From contig CAZEXL010000006.1 in assembly GCA_964516925.1 (NCBI GenBank), positions 1,854 to 65,853 of the forward strand: DNA of 64,000 bases. The letters run 5' to 3'. Positions within the stretch are counted from its first letter, which is position 1; every line of letters starts with the position of its first letter. This DNA is from an uncultured Lachnospiraceae bacterium (GTDB lineage: Bacteria > Bacillota > Clostridia > Christensenellales > Pumilibacteraceae). Of the stretch, positions 48,072 to 57,476 are shown piece after piece. The position numbers and the translations under genes were made by a program. Below the pieces are notes generated by a model that was not told the DNA's origin, made no database searches, and saw only the letters and a list, made by a program, of their open reading frames with translations.

Positions 48072-48758
48072 ATGAAAATACTTGTGTTAAACGGAAGTCC
48101 TAAAAAAGAAAAGAGCGACGTTATGCATGTTACTCGTTCTTTTTTAGAAGGGATGGAAGAAGTTGAAAAACAAAACGTAAAAATTATTCATGTTATAGAT
48201 AAGCATATCGAATATTGTCGCGGTTGTTTTGCATGTAAACGTAACGGCGGAAAATGCGTTTACAACGACGATATGAAAGATGTACTGGAAAAAATTTTAG
48301 AAAGCGATTTGTTGCTTTTTAGTTTTCCTTTGTATTGTTACGGAATGCCCGCACCGTTAAAAGCGTTAATCGACAGAACTTTACCACTGTCGTCTATGAC
48401 TATGCAAAAAATCGGCGAAAGATATGAACATATAGCGCAAGCCGATTTTGCGCATTTGAAGTACGTTATGATTTGCGGTTGCGGATTTCCTAACTCGAAG
48501 CACAATTTTGAACCTGCAACGGAACAGTTTAAATTGTGTTTTCCGAACAATCACACGATTATTACGGTTCCGGAAAGTCCGATGTTCAACGAGCCTATGG
48601 CGGAAAGCGTAACAAAGCCAAAACTGAAACTTATAAAAGAAGCCGGACGTAAATATGCCGAAAGCGGAACGCTCGACGACGAGTTGCTACGTCAAATATG
48701 TTTGCCGATGATACCCGACGAAGTGTACGCCAAGATTGTTAACGGAGAAGCGATATAG
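48072..48758 (+). CDS. flavodoxin-like fold NAD(P)H-dependent FMN reductase / iron-sulfur flavoprotein family
   Basis: MKILVLNGSPKKEKS, CRGCFACKRNGGKC, FSFPLYCYGMPAPLKALIDR. The start is set at ATG 48072. Confidence 0.75.
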   Translation: MKILVLNGSPKKEKSDVMHVTRSFLEGMEEVEKQNVKIIHVIDKHIEYCRGCFACKRNGGKCVYNDDMKDVLEKILESDLLLFSFPLYCYGMPAPLKALIDRTLPLSSMTMQKIGERYEHIAQADFAHLKYVMICGCGFPNSKHNFEPATEQFKLCFPNNHTIITVPESPMFNEPMAESVTKPKLKLIKEAGRKYAESGTLDDELLRQICLPMIPDEVYAKIVNGEAI

Positions 48759-48761
48759 TTA

Positions 48762-49208
48762 ATGAACGATTTGCTTATCGTTAAAGGTCGTCAATCTTAT
48801 ATATGCGAAGAATTGACTGTATATTTCGAAGATCCGTTTTGGGTGGGGGTGTTTCAGCGTACGGACGGTAAAAAATTTTCGGTTTGTAAAGTCGTTTTCG
48901 GCGCAGAGCCTAAGGATTGCGAAGTGTACGCTTTTTTATTGAAAAACTTTGATAAACTTAATTTCTGCAGTGAAATTAAAACGAAATTAAGAAAAAAGGC
49001 AGACAATCCCAAAAGACGTATAAGAATTATTAATAAACAGCTTGGTGCGACAGGGATAAGTACAAAATCGCAACAAGCACTTTCGGCGCAAAGAGAAGAA
49101 CGTAAAATAATAAATAAAACAAAAAATAAATTACAACTTGATGCGATAAAACAGCGCAAATATGAATTACGGCGAGAAAAACAAAAAGAAAAGCATCGCG
49201 GAAAATAA
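48762..49208 (+). CDS. YjdF-like DUF2992 family protein
   Basis: FWVGVFQR..GK.SVCKVVFGAEPKDCEVY and the basic tail ending KQKEKHRGK match my memory of B. subtilis YjdF. Confidence 0.6.
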   Translation: MNDLLIVKGRQSYICEELTVYFEDPFWVGVFQRTDGKKFSVCKVVFGAEPKDCEVYAFLLKNFDKLNFCSEIKTKLRKKADNPKRRIRIINKQLGATGISTKSQQALSAQREERKIINKTKNKLQLDAIKQRKYELRREKQKEKHRGK

Positions 49209-49246
49209 TTCAAATATAATAAGAAATTCATTTAGGGGAAAAGGCA

Positions 49247-49876
49247 ATGGATAATAGCGATTATTCAATTAGATTAGAAAAAATTGACGAAAGGCGCGAA
49301 GTTGAAAATTTAGTAAGAGAAGCGTTTTGGAACGTTTATCGACCCGGATGTTTGGAGCATTACGTTTTGCACATCTTAAGAGATTCGCCCGATTTTATTC
49401 CGCAACTTAATTTTGTTATGAAAAAGGACGGCAAAATTATCGGGCAAAACGTTTTTGTAAAAGCAATCGTTAAGTCCGACAGCGGTAAAAGAGTTTCGGT
49501 TTCCACGATGGGCCCGATTTGTATTGCGCCCGATTATAAAAGGCGAGGATACGGAAAAATTTTACTCGACTATTCCTTGTCAGAGGCAAAGAAATACGGA
49601 ATCGAAGCTGTGTTGCTTGAAGGCGATATATGCTTTTATGGCAAAAGCGGATTTGACTACGCAAGCAAATTCGGTATTCGCTATCACGGATTGCCCGAAG
49701 GAGCGGATTCTTCTTTTTTTCTTTGCAAGGAGCTGCAAAACGGTTATTTTGACGCAATAACAGGCGAATATTCTACGCCCGAATGTTATCTTGTGGACGA
49801 ACATGAAGCGGAAAAATTTGATAAAACTTTTCCTAAAAAAGAGAAACTTAAATTGGATAATCAGCTTTTTGATTAA
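49247..49876 (+). CDS. GNAT family N-acetyltransferase
   Basis: Acetyl-CoA binding motif RRGYGKILLDYSLSEAKKYG. Confidence 0.75.
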   Translation: MDNSDYSIRLEKIDERREVENLVREAFWNVYRPGCLEHYVLHILRDSPDFIPQLNFVMKKDGKIIGQNVFVKAIVKSDSGKRVSVSTMGPICIAPDYKRRGYGKILLDYSLSEAKKYGIEAVLLEGDICFYGKSGFDYASKFGIRYHGLPEGADSSFFLCKELQNGYFDAITGEYSTPECYLVDEHEAEKFDKTFPKKEKLKLDNQLFD

Positions 49877-49900
49877 TAAGCAAAAAAAGGTTGGGCAGAA

Positions 49901-50728
49901 ATGAGTAAATATAATTTGCTTTGGGATTATATAAAAGGTTGCGGTAAACATTCGATTGTTCTTACGTTTGAGGAAATTTATAATGCTGTCGGCGTTGAGA
50001 TTGATCACTCGTTTTTAAATGCTAAAAAAGAATTGTTGCGACATGGTTATAAAGTAGGGAAAATTTCGATAAAATCACAGACGGTTTTATTTGAAAAAAT
50101 ACCCGATAACGATACTTTGGTTGTGTACGTTCACGGAAAAGGCGGGAACGTTGCCGAAGCCGAGCATTATAAATCATTGTTTCCCGCATGTGAAGTGATC
50201 GGATTGGATTATGAAGCCGAAACGCCGTGGGAGGCAAAAAGCGAATTTTCGATCGCATTTAATAAAATTTCAGAAAATTACAGTTGCGTTATCCTAATCG
50301 CTAACAGTATTGGCGCATACTTTTCGATGTGCGCTTTGCCGCCGAAAAAAATCAAAAGGGCTTATTTTGTTTCGCCTATAGTTGATATGGAACGAGTTGT
50401 TTTAGATATGATGAAAAGTGCAAACGTTATGGAAAGCGATTTGCAGGCAAAAAAAACAATTGTAACAGAATGGGGCGAAACACTTTCGTGGGATTATCTT
50501 AAATATGTTCGTTTTAATCCGATAAAGTGGGACGTTTCTACAGAAATTTTGTACGGAGAAAAAGACAATTTAACTTCAAAACAAACGATTGTCGATTTTG
50601 CAAATGCGCATAATGCAAGTTTGACAATTATGCCAAACGGCGAACATTGGTTTCATACGCCTGAACAAATGAAGTTTTTAGACGATTGGATAATTAACGG
50701 TGAGAAAAATGAAAAGATCGAGATTTAA
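49901..50728 (+). CDS. alpha/beta hydrolase with an extra ~65-aa N-terminal domain
   Basis: VYVHGKGGN (oxyanion region), the nucleophile elbow IANSIGAY, and a C-terminal GEHWF His. The N-terminal KYNLLWDYIKG...LTFEEIYNAVGVEIDHSFL module lies outside the hydrolase fold. Confidence 0.7.
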   Translation: MSKYNLLWDYIKGCGKHSIVLTFEEIYNAVGVEIDHSFLNAKKELLRHGYKVGKISIKSQTVLFEKIPDNDTLVVYVHGKGGNVAEAEHYKSLFPACEVIGLDYEAETPWEAKSEFSIAFNKISENYSCVILIANSIGAYFSMCALPPKKIKRAYFVSPIVDMERVVLDMMKSANVMESDLQAKKTIVTEWGETLSWDYLKYVRFNPIKWDVSTEILYGEKDNLTSKQTIVDFANAHNASLTIMPNGEHWFHTPEQMKFLDDWIINGEKNEKIEI

Positions 50729-51620
50729 TGTCGCTTGTAAGTGGCTGATTTTTTGGACGCTTTTTATTGGTATCGGAGCGGTTGGCGGCGCTCTTTGCAT
50801 GATAATCGATCCGAGCGGAAAAACTGTAGGAATGTCCGAAATGTTGCCGTATTTTCAGGTTTTACCGTTTGCCGATATTATTTTTCAGAATTTTACATTC
50901 TCGGGAATTGCGTTATTAATCGTAAATGGAACAACAAACTTAACGGCGGCGACATTGCTTTTTAAGAATAAAAAACTCGGCGCAATTCTTGGAGGGATAT
51001 TCGGGATAACGCTTATGCTTTGGATTTGCATTCAATTTTATATATTTCCGTTTAACTTGATGTCTACGATGTATTTTGTTTTTGGGATTTGTCAGGCTAT
51101 TACGGGTTATGCGGCTTGTGTGTTTTATAAACAAGAAAATTTTGTTTTTGACAAAGGCGAGTATTCAAATATAGGCACTGACAAAAGGAAGCTCGTTGTT
51201 TATTTTTCTCGCATGGGCTATGTTAAGAAAATTGCATACGAAACGGCAAATAAAATCGGTGCGGATGTTTATGAAATAGAAGCAACCGAAAAAATTGACG
51301 GCACGGTTGGTTTTTGGTGGTGCGGACGGTTTGGCATGCTTCGCAAAGATATGCCGATAAAAAATATTTCGGTGGATTTATCCGTTTATGAAGAAGTAAC
51401 GATTTGTTCGCCGATTTGGGTTTTTTCCGTCTCTTCGCCTGTTCGTAGCTTTTTACGGCATGCAAAGGGAAAAATTAAGAGCATAAATTATATTTTTGTT
51501 CACTATACAAACGGAAATTATCAAAACGTGGCGAAAAGCGCCGACGAAATTGTTGGCATAAAGCATAATATGCTTACAAACGTGAGATGCAGACAAGGAG
51601 ATTTTAAGGTATATCGGTAA
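50709..51620 (+). CDS. membrane-anchored flavodoxin-like protein (4-TM N-domain plus flavodoxin_4-like C-domain)
   Basis: The first ~140 aa are hydrophobic. They are followed by KLVVYFSRMGYVKKIAYETANKIGADVYEI and TICSPIWVFSVSSPVRSFL. It overlaps the upstream gene by 20 nt. Confidence 0.6.
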   Translation: MKRSRFNVACKWLIFWTLFIGIGAVGGALCMIIDPSGKTVGMSEMLPYFQVLPFADIIFQNFTFSGIALLIVNGTTNLTAATLLFKNKKLGAILGGIFGITLMLWICIQFYIFPFNLMSTMYFVFGICQAITGYAACVFYKQENFVFDKGEYSNIGTDKRKLVVYFSRMGYVKKIAYETANKIGADVYEIEATEKIDGTVGFWWCGRFGMLRKDMPIKNISVDLSVYEEVTICSPIWVFSVSSPVRSFLRHAKGKIKSINYIFVHYTNGNYQNVAKSADEIVGIKHNMLTNVRCRQGDFKVYR

Positions 51621-51676
51621 ACGAATTCGATATGAATGTTTTTTTGGCAAGAAACACAATTTTTGCAATAAAACGT

Positions 51677-51705
51677 TTGACAATTAATTAAATCGGGTAT
51701 ATAAT
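51677..51705 (+). promoter_or_regulatory. sigma-A type promoter for the thrS leader
   Basis: TTGACA (51677-51682), 17-nt spacer, TATAAT (51700-51705). Confidence 0.65.
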
Positions 51706-51711
51706 TAATGA

Positions 51712-51923
51712 GTAATTAAATTCTTAAGAAGGGACAAGTAGTCTTGTTTTGCGCTTGCAGAGAGCGTCCGACGGTGTGAGTGACGTAGCTGCGATCAAGT
51801 AATGAAACCACCCTTTATGGAGCGTGTCGGCGTAAACCGACTAAAACGAGATAATCTTTTGATTATGAAATAAGGTGGAATCACGGTAAATATCGTCCTT
51901 AGCTTTTTGGCTAAGGATTTTTT
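51712..51923 (+). promoter_or_regulatory. T-box riboswitch leader, Thr specifier (ACC)
   Basis: An AGAGA box lies near 51760. GAA-ACC-A has the specifier ACC at 51807-51809, next to the stem I base (aaggg/cccuu). The T-box aaataaGGTGGaAtCACgg is at 51868-51886. The terminator is TCCTTAGC (51896-51903) with GCTAAGGA (51910-51917), followed by T6. Confidence 0.9.
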
Positions 51924-51939
51924 ATATAGGAGAGGTAAC

Positions 51940-53883
51940 ATGGATATTAAAGTTACGTTAAAAGACGGATCTGTGGTTGAAGTAAAAAAAGGCACTCAGA
52001 TTCTTGAAGTTGTAAAGGGCATAAGCGAAGGGCTTGCGCGTGTAGCACTCGTTGCCAGAGTTGACGACGAAGTCGTTGATCTTACTTACAGGCTCACAAA
52101 AGATTGCAAGCTAGAGGTGCTTACGTTCAAAGACGAAGAAGGCCGAAACGCATACAGGCATACTGCGGCGCATATTCTTGCGCAGGCAGTTAAAAATATT
52201 TATCCTCAGGCTAAGCTTGCGATCGGTCCGAGCATTGCAAATGGATTTTATTATGATTTTGATTTTCCTGCTCCGATTACGGTTGCCGATTTTGACCTTA
52301 TCGAAAAGGAAATGCAATCTATTATAAAAGCCGATTTTCCGATTGAAAGACTTGACGTTTCTCGTAAATCTGCAATTACTCAAATGCGTGGATTTGACGA
52401 GCCGTACAAAATTCAAATTCTTGACGATTTACCGGCAGACGCAACTCTTACGTTTTATCGTCAGGGCGAGTTTGTAGATCTTTGCAAAGGACCTCATCTT
52501 GTAAGCACCGGCAAAGTTAAATTTATCAAACTTACTCAAATTGCAGGCGCATATTGGCGCGGTAACGAAAAGAACAAAATGCTTACCAGAATTTACGGAA
52601 CCGCATTTGAAAAAAAATCGGAGCTAAACGAATACCTTGAAAAGCTTGAAGAAGCTAAGCGAAGAGATCATAATAAACTCGGAAGAGAGCTTGGCTACTT
52701 TATGACCGAAGAAAAAATCGGTCAAGGTTTGCCGTTGCTTATGCCCAAGGGTGCAAAGCTTTTTCAAATTCTTCAACGTTTCGTTGAGGACGAAGAGGAA
52801 CGTCGCGGTTATATTCTTACCAAAACGCCTTCTTTCGCAAAAAGCGATTTGTATAAAATAAGCGGACATTGGGACCATTATCGCGATAAGATGTTTATTA
52901 TGGGCGATCCGGAAAACGACGACGAAGTTTTTGCGTTGCGTCCCATGACTTGTCCGTTCCAATATATGATTTATCGTAACGGACTTAAAAGTTATAGAGA
53001 CTTGCCTAAAAGATATAACGAAACCGCCGCATTGTTCAGAAAGGAAGCTTCCGGCGAAATGCACGGACTTATTCGCGTAAGACAGTTCCACTTGAGTGAC
53101 GGTCACGTTATATGTACTCCCGAACAGCTCGAAGACGAATTTAAGAATTGCTTTGAACTTAGCTATTATTTCCTTAAATGCCTGGGCATGCTTGACGACG
53201 TATTCTTCAGATTTTCAAAATGGGACGAAAACGATAGGGAGAAGTATATAGGTACTCCGGAAGAATGGAACAACGCGCAAGACAGAATGAAGAAAATTCT
53301 TGATCATATCGGAATTAAGTATGAAGAAGCAGTCGGTGAAGCGGCGTTCTACGGACCTAAGCTTGACATTCAGGCGCGCAACGTTTACGGCAAGGAAGAT
53401 ACTATAATGACTATACAGATAGATATGTTCCTTAGTGAAAAGTTCGATATGTGGTACGTTGATGCCGACGGCGAAAAGAAACATCCTTATATTATTCATC
53501 GCGGTGCATTTGGTTGTTACGAAAGAATGATGGCTATGCTTATTGAAAAGTATGCAGGTGCTTTGCCGCTGTGGATGAGCCCCGTTCAAGTCAAAGTTAT
53601 GTCGTTAACGGATAGAACGATGGACGACGTAAAAAAACTTTGCGATGAATTAAATTATCAGGGTATAAGATGCGAAGCCGACGTTCGTAGCGAAAAAATA
53701 GGTTACAAGATTCGTGAAGCGCAAATGGAAAAGGTGCCTTATATGGTAATAATCGGCGATAAGGAAAAGGAAGCCGGTGTAATTGCCGTAAGATCAAGAA
53801 GCGAAGGCGACATTGGACAAATGACTAAAGAAGAATTCGTTGCTAAATTAAAGGAAGAAATTGATAAAAAAGTTTGCAAATAG
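51940..53883 (+). CDS. thrS: threonine--tRNA ligase
   Basis: TGS domain at the N-terminus (MDIKVTLKDGS), HTAAHILAQAV editing-domain motif, class II core, and an anticodon-binding C-terminus. The start is set at ATG 51940 after the SD aggagagg. Confidence 0.95.
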   Translation: MDIKVTLKDGSVVEVKKGTQILEVVKGISEGLARVALVARVDDEVVDLTYRLTKDCKLEVLTFKDEEGRNAYRHTAAHILAQAVKNIYPQAKLAIGPSIANGFYYDFDFPAPITVADFDLIEKEMQSIIKADFPIERLDVSRKSAITQMRGFDEPYKIQILDDLPADATLTFYRQGEFVDLCKGPHLVSTGKVKFIKLTQIAGAYWRGNEKNKMLTRIYGTAFEKKSELNEYLEKLEEAKRRDHNKLGRELGYFMTEEKIGQGLPLLMPKGAKLFQILQRFVEDEEERRGYILTKTPSFAKSDLYKISGHWDHYRDKMFIMGDPENDDEVFALRPMTCPFQYMIYRNGLKSYRDLPKRYNETAALFRKEASGEMHGLIRVRQFHLSDGHVICTPEQLEDEFKNCFELSYYFLKCLGMLDDVFFRFSKWDENDREKYIGTPEEWNNAQDRMKKILDHIGIKYEEAVGEAAFYGPKLDIQARNVYGKEDTIMTIQIDMFLSEKFDMWYVDADGEKKHPYIIHRGAFGCYERMMAMLIEKYAGALPLWMSPVQVKVMSLTDRTMDDVKKLCDELNYQGIRCEADVRSEKIGYKIREAQMEKVPYMVIIGDKEKEAGVIAVRSRSEGDIGQMTKEEFVAKLKEEIDKKVCK

Positions 53884-53895
53884 GCTTAAAAACGT

Positions 53896-53924
53896 TTGAC
53901 ATTCTTGTATATAAGGAATATAAT
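53896..53924 (+). promoter_or_regulatory. sigma-A type promoter for infC-rpmI-rplT
   Basis: TTGACA (53896-53901), 17-nt spacer, TATAAT (53919-53924). Confidence 0.65.
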
Positions 53925-53930
53925 AACTAG

Positions 53931-54052
53931 GTTGAAAGTAGATCTATTCTCACCAGTCGGGCATGCTTGGATTGGTAACGCAAACTAATAATATTCCTTT
54001 TAAGGTTGTTTATTTATGAGCGAAAGATCTGCTTTCGCTCATATTTATTTTT
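53931..54052 (+). promoter_or_regulatory. L20-type ribosomal protein leader with terminator (attenuator of the infC operon)
   Basis: A ~120-nt leader between the promoter and infC. It ends in the hairpin ATGAGCGAAAG (54016-54026) with CTTTCGCTCAT (54032-54042), followed by a T-rich run. Position and architecture match the Firmicutes L20 leader. The RNA consensus itself was not verified. Confidence 0.55.
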
Positions 54053-54065
54053 CTGGAGGAACACC

Positions 54066-54584
54066 ATTATTATTAAAGATGTTGAAATTGAAATCAACGA
54101 CAAAATTATTGACGTTGCAATAAGAGTCATTGATGAAAACGGCAATCAGCTCGGCATAATGAGCGCGGTTCAAGCCAACAAAATAGCTGATGAAAAGAAT
54201 TTAGATCTTGTAAAAATCAGTCCGTCGGCAAATCCGCCCGTGTGCAAAATAATGGATTATGGCAAGTTTAGATTTGACGCGGCAAAAAAGGAAAAAGATG
54301 CGCGTAAAAATCAAAAAACTTCCGAAATGAAAGAAGTGTGGCTTTCGATGACAATAGATACTCACGATTTGGAAACGAAAGCAAAACAAGCTGAAAAGTT
54401 CCTTAAAAACGGCGATAAAGTAAAGGTTTCTATACGTATGCGTGGTCGTCAGCAAGCTCATGCTGCATTAGGCGTAGAGGTAATGAACGATTTCTTTAAG
54501 CTTGTTGAAAGCGTCGGCGAAATAAATAAAAAGCCTTTAACCGAAGGCAGAAACATTTTAATGATTTTACAACCTAAAAAATAA
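54066..54584 (+). CDS. infC: translation initiation factor IF-3 (non-canonical ATT start)
   Basis: IIIKDVEIEINDKIIDVAIRVIDENGNQLGI matches the IF3 N-terminus. The SD GGAGGA (54055-60) is followed by ATT ATT ATT (54066-74). The track start 54006 would read through the leader terminator. Confidence 0.85.
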   Translation: MIIKDVEIEINDKIIDVAIRVIDENGNQLGIMSAVQANKIADEKNLDLVKISPSANPPVCKIMDYGKFRFDAAKKEKDARKNQKTSEMKEVWLSMTIDTHDLETKAKQAEKFLKNGDKVKVSIRMRGRQQAHAALGVEVMNDFFKLVESVGEINKKPLTEGRNILMILQPKK

Positions 54585-54602
54585 TTCCGGAGGATTATAG
54601 AA

Positions 54603-54800
54603 ATGCCAAAAATGAAAGGTCATAGCGGCGCTAAAAAGCGTTTCCGCGTAACGAAAAGCGGTCGTATTAAGATTGCACACCAAGGAAAGAATCATATTCT
54701 TACCAAGAAGTCCAGCAAACGTAAGATGGGCTTGCGTAAAGGGGAGTATATGTCTTCCAACAAGCAGAACAGAACCGTTCGCACCATGATTCAAAAGTAA
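54603..54800 (+). CDS. rpmI: 50S ribosomal protein L35
   Basis: [20 protein letters not shown]. Confidence 0.95.
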   Translation: MPKMKGHSGAKKRFRVTKSGRIKIAHQGKNHILTKKSSKRKMGLRKGEYMSSNKQNRTVRTMIQK

Positions 54801-54816
54801 GGAGGATTAATAAGTT

Positions 54817-55170
54817 ATGAGAATTAAAAGAGCTGTTAACGCCGTAAAAAAGCGAAGAAAGATAATGAAATTAGCCAAAGGTTACTTTGGTTCGAAGTCT
54901 AGATCTTACCGTATTGCTAGAGAAGCGGTGATGAAGTCGCAAATGTATGCCTTCATCGGACGCCGCCAAAAGAAGAGACAGTATCGTCAACTTTGGATCG
55001 CTCGTATTAATGCAGCAGCAAGAATGAACGGACTTTCGTACAGCAAGTTTATGCATGGTCTTAAGGTTGCAGGTATTGAGCTTAATCGCAAGGTGCTTGC
55101 CGATATAGCAGTAAATGATGCGGCTACGTTTGCTAAGCTCGCTGAAACTGCAGTAAATGCATGCAAGTAA
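54817..55170 (+). CDS. rplT: 50S ribosomal protein L20
   Basis: [28 protein letters not shown]...YRDRRQ-like [20 protein letters not shown]. Confidence 0.95.
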   Translation: MRIKRAVNAVKKRRKIMKLAKGYFGSKSRSYRIAREAVMKSQMYAFIGRRQKKRQYRQLWIARINAAARMNGLSYSKFMHGLKVAGIELNRKVLADIAVNDAATFAKLAETAVNACK

Positions 55171-55175
55171 AACAT

Positions 55176-55201
55176 AAGCACCTTAATTAGGTGCTTTTTT
55201 G
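55176..55201 (+). terminator. intrinsic terminator after rplT
   Basis: AAGCACCT (55176-55183) pairs with AGGTGCTT (55189-55196), followed by a T-run. Confidence 0.75.
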
Positions 55202-55203
55202 TT

Positions 55204-55917
55204 ATGGATTTAATTGTATCTTCTGATAATCAACTTTATAAACGAATAAACAAACTTAAGGATAAGAAGTATCGCGACGAGTACAAAGAATATCTTATCG
55301 AGGGCTTGCGTGGTATTATCGATACGCCAATCGAAGACGTAAAGGTAATCGTTGCTTCCGAGAATTTTGACACAACAAAGCTTAATTCCGAAAAAGTCGT
55401 ATTTTTTTCAGAGAAACTTTTTTCAAAACTTAGCTTAACCGATCATTCTTGCGGGGTTATGGCAATAGCGGCACAAAAAGCAGAACGCGATTTCGAGATG
55501 AATTACGTTGTGTATTTGGATAGAATTCGCGATCCAGGAAACATGGGTACGATTATTCGTACCGCCGTGGCGTCCGGTTATGAAATTGTTTGCGATAATT
55601 GTGTAGACGTTTATAATCCAAAAGTTGTACGCAGTTGCGTTTCAGCGCTTTCTAAAGCGCGTTTACACTATGGTAATTTTATTGACAAACTTGTCGATAA
55701 AGGCTATAATATAATTGGTGCGGATTTGGGTGGAGAAAACGTATTCGAGGCTTCAAAACCAAAAAAAGTTTGTATTGTAATCGGCAACGAAGCTGACGGT
55801 GTAAGAAGTGAAATCCTAGGCAAATGCAATAGTGTTTATTCGATACCCATGGAAAACATGGAGTCGTTAAATGCTTCGGTTTGCGCCGGAATATTGATGT
55901 ATTATTTTAAATTTTAA
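55204..55917 (+). CDS. TrmH/SpoU family RNA 2'-O-methyltransferase
   Basis: [26 protein letters not shown], and [13 protein letters not shown] are SpoU motifs 1-3. Confidence 0.85.
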   Translation: MDLIVSSDNQLYKRINKLKDKKYRDEYKEYLIEGLRGIIDTPIEDVKVIVASENFDTTKLNSEKVVFFSEKLFSKLSLTDHSCGVMAIAAQKAERDFEMNYVVYLDRIRDPGNMGTIIRTAVASGYEIVCDNCVDVYNPKVVRSCVSALSKARLHYGNFIDKLVDKGYNIIGADLGGENVFEASKPKKVCIVIGNEADGVRSEILGKCNSVYSIPMENMESLNASVCAGILMYYFKF

Positions 55918-55928
55918 ACGGAGGATTT

Positions 55929-56672
55929 ATGTCAGGACATAGTAAATGGGCAACCATAAAAAGACAAAAAGGGAAGACCGATGCTGCGCGCGGTAAGGTT
56001 TTTACAAAAATCGGTAGAGAAATTGCAGTTGCTGTAAAACTTGGAGGACCCGATCCTTCCAGCAATGCTAAGCTTCGAGATGTTATTGCAAAGGCAAAGT
56101 CTAATAATATGCCGAACGACAATATAACTCGTAGTATAAAGAAAGCAAGTGGAGAACTTAATGCAATAAATTACGAAAATATTACGTACGAAGGATACGG
56201 TCCTAACGGAACTGCAATTATCGTTGAAACTCTTACGGATAATAAAAATCGTACTGCAAGCGACATACGCCATATTTTTGATAAGTCGGGTGGTTCTATG
56301 GGAACAAACGGCTGCGTTTCCTATTTATTTAACAATAAAGGCGTAATTATAGTCGAGAAATCCAAAGATATGGACGATGATGAAGTAATGATGGCCGCTC
56401 TTGATGCGGGAGCTGAAGATTTTAACGTTGAAGACGGTGATTACGAAGTACTTACAGATCCTGCAACGTTTTCGACTGTACGCGAAAATCTTGAAAAAGC
56501 CGGATTTACGTTGATTTCTGCAGAAGTTAGCATGATTCCTTCAAATTACATTTCGCTAAACGATGAAGATTTAAAAAAGGTTCTTCGTATGCTTGATTGG
56601 TTTGATGAAAATGATGACGTTCAAAACGTATATCATAATGCAGAATTGCCTGAAGAGGAAGAAGAGGAGTAA
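55929..56672 (+). CDS. yebC: YebC/PmpR family transcriptional regulator
   Basis: [15 protein letters not shown], then NMPNDNI. Confidence 0.9.
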   Translation: MSGHSKWATIKRQKGKTDAARGKVFTKIGREIAVAVKLGGPDPSSNAKLRDVIAKAKSNNMPNDNITRSIKKASGELNAINYENITYEGYGPNGTAIIVETLTDNKNRTASDIRHIFDKSGGSMGTNGCVSYLFNNKGVIIVEKSKDMDDDEVMMAALDAGAEDFNVEDGDYEVLTDPATFSTVRENLEKAGFTLISAEVSMIPSNYISLNDEDLKKVLRMLDWFDENDDVQNVYHNAELPEEEEEE

Positions 56673-56675
56673 TAT

Positions 56676-57476
56676 ATGTCGGGGGAACATGACGGACATA
56701 GAGCAAGGTTAAGAATGGCGACGGCAAACGATCCTGATATGCTGTCGTTTAGCGATTTTCAAACGCTTGAATACGTGTTAAGTTTTGTTATACCTAGAAA
56801 AGATACAAATCAGATAGCTCATTCTCTTATAAATGAATTCGGCAGCATAAAAGGGGTATTTTTGGCATCTAGGGAAGCATTATTTGCAGTTCCTAATATG
56901 ACAAGAAATGCGGCAGCTTTTATCGAGAGTTTTTATCCGATAATGCGCAAAGTTGAAATTTCAGCCCTAACAAAACCGCGTTCGACTATTTCTAACGTGC
57001 AACAAGCGGTTGCGTTATTGCGTCCGTATTTTGTCGGTCGAGTTGGTGAACGCGCATACGTTGTTGCTCTTGATCTTAACGATAAACTTGTGCAAGTGGC
57101 ATTAATAAGCGAGGGACTGTCTGACTATACAACTTTGGATACTAATAGAATTTTTTCTATTATAACAAGGACTCAAGCGAAAAAAATAATTATAGCTCAC
57201 AATCATCCTAGTGGTAATGCGTATCCTTCGCGTGCCGATATTTTGGCAACGCAACAATTATTTCCGATGGCGCATTCTATAAACACCGTTCTTGCCGATC
57301 ATATTATTTTTACGGATACGGATGAATATTATAGTTTTTATACCGAAGGTTTGTTGGATAGCTTTTTTATTAAGTCGTGTGAATTAAGCGGAGCATATAC
57401 CAAGCAAGAAATGTATTCTTTAAAAGCGCAGGGCGTTTATATGTACGAACCCAGAAAAACGGAGCTTGATAAATGA
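56676..57476 (+). CDS. radC: RadC-like JAB domain protein
   Basis: GHRARLR at the N-terminus, an HhH-like FGSIKGVFLASREALFAVPNM, and the JAMM motif AHNHPSGNAYPSRADI. Confidence 0.85.
   Translation: MSGEHDGHRARLRMATANDPDMLSFSDFQTLEYVLSFVIPRKDTNQIAHSLINEFGSIKGVFLASREALFAVPNMTRNAAAFIESFYPIMRKVEISALTKPRSTISNVQQAVALLRPYFVGRVGERAYVVALDLNDKLVQVALISEGLSDYTTLDTNRIFSIITRTQAKKIIIAHNHPSGNAYPSRADILATQQLFPMAHSINTVLADHIIFTDTDEYYSFYTEGLLDSFFIKSCELSGAYTKQEMYSLKAQGVYMYEPRKTELDK

Noticed and set aside
52624-53106. 160-aa minus-strand ORF
   Set aside because: It is antisense to thrS.
54006-54065. Track-annotated N-terminal extension of infC (MFIYERKICFRSYLFFWRNT)
   Set aside because: It would be translated through the leader terminator hairpin and has no SD. 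The IF3 homology starts at the ATT codons after GGAGGA.
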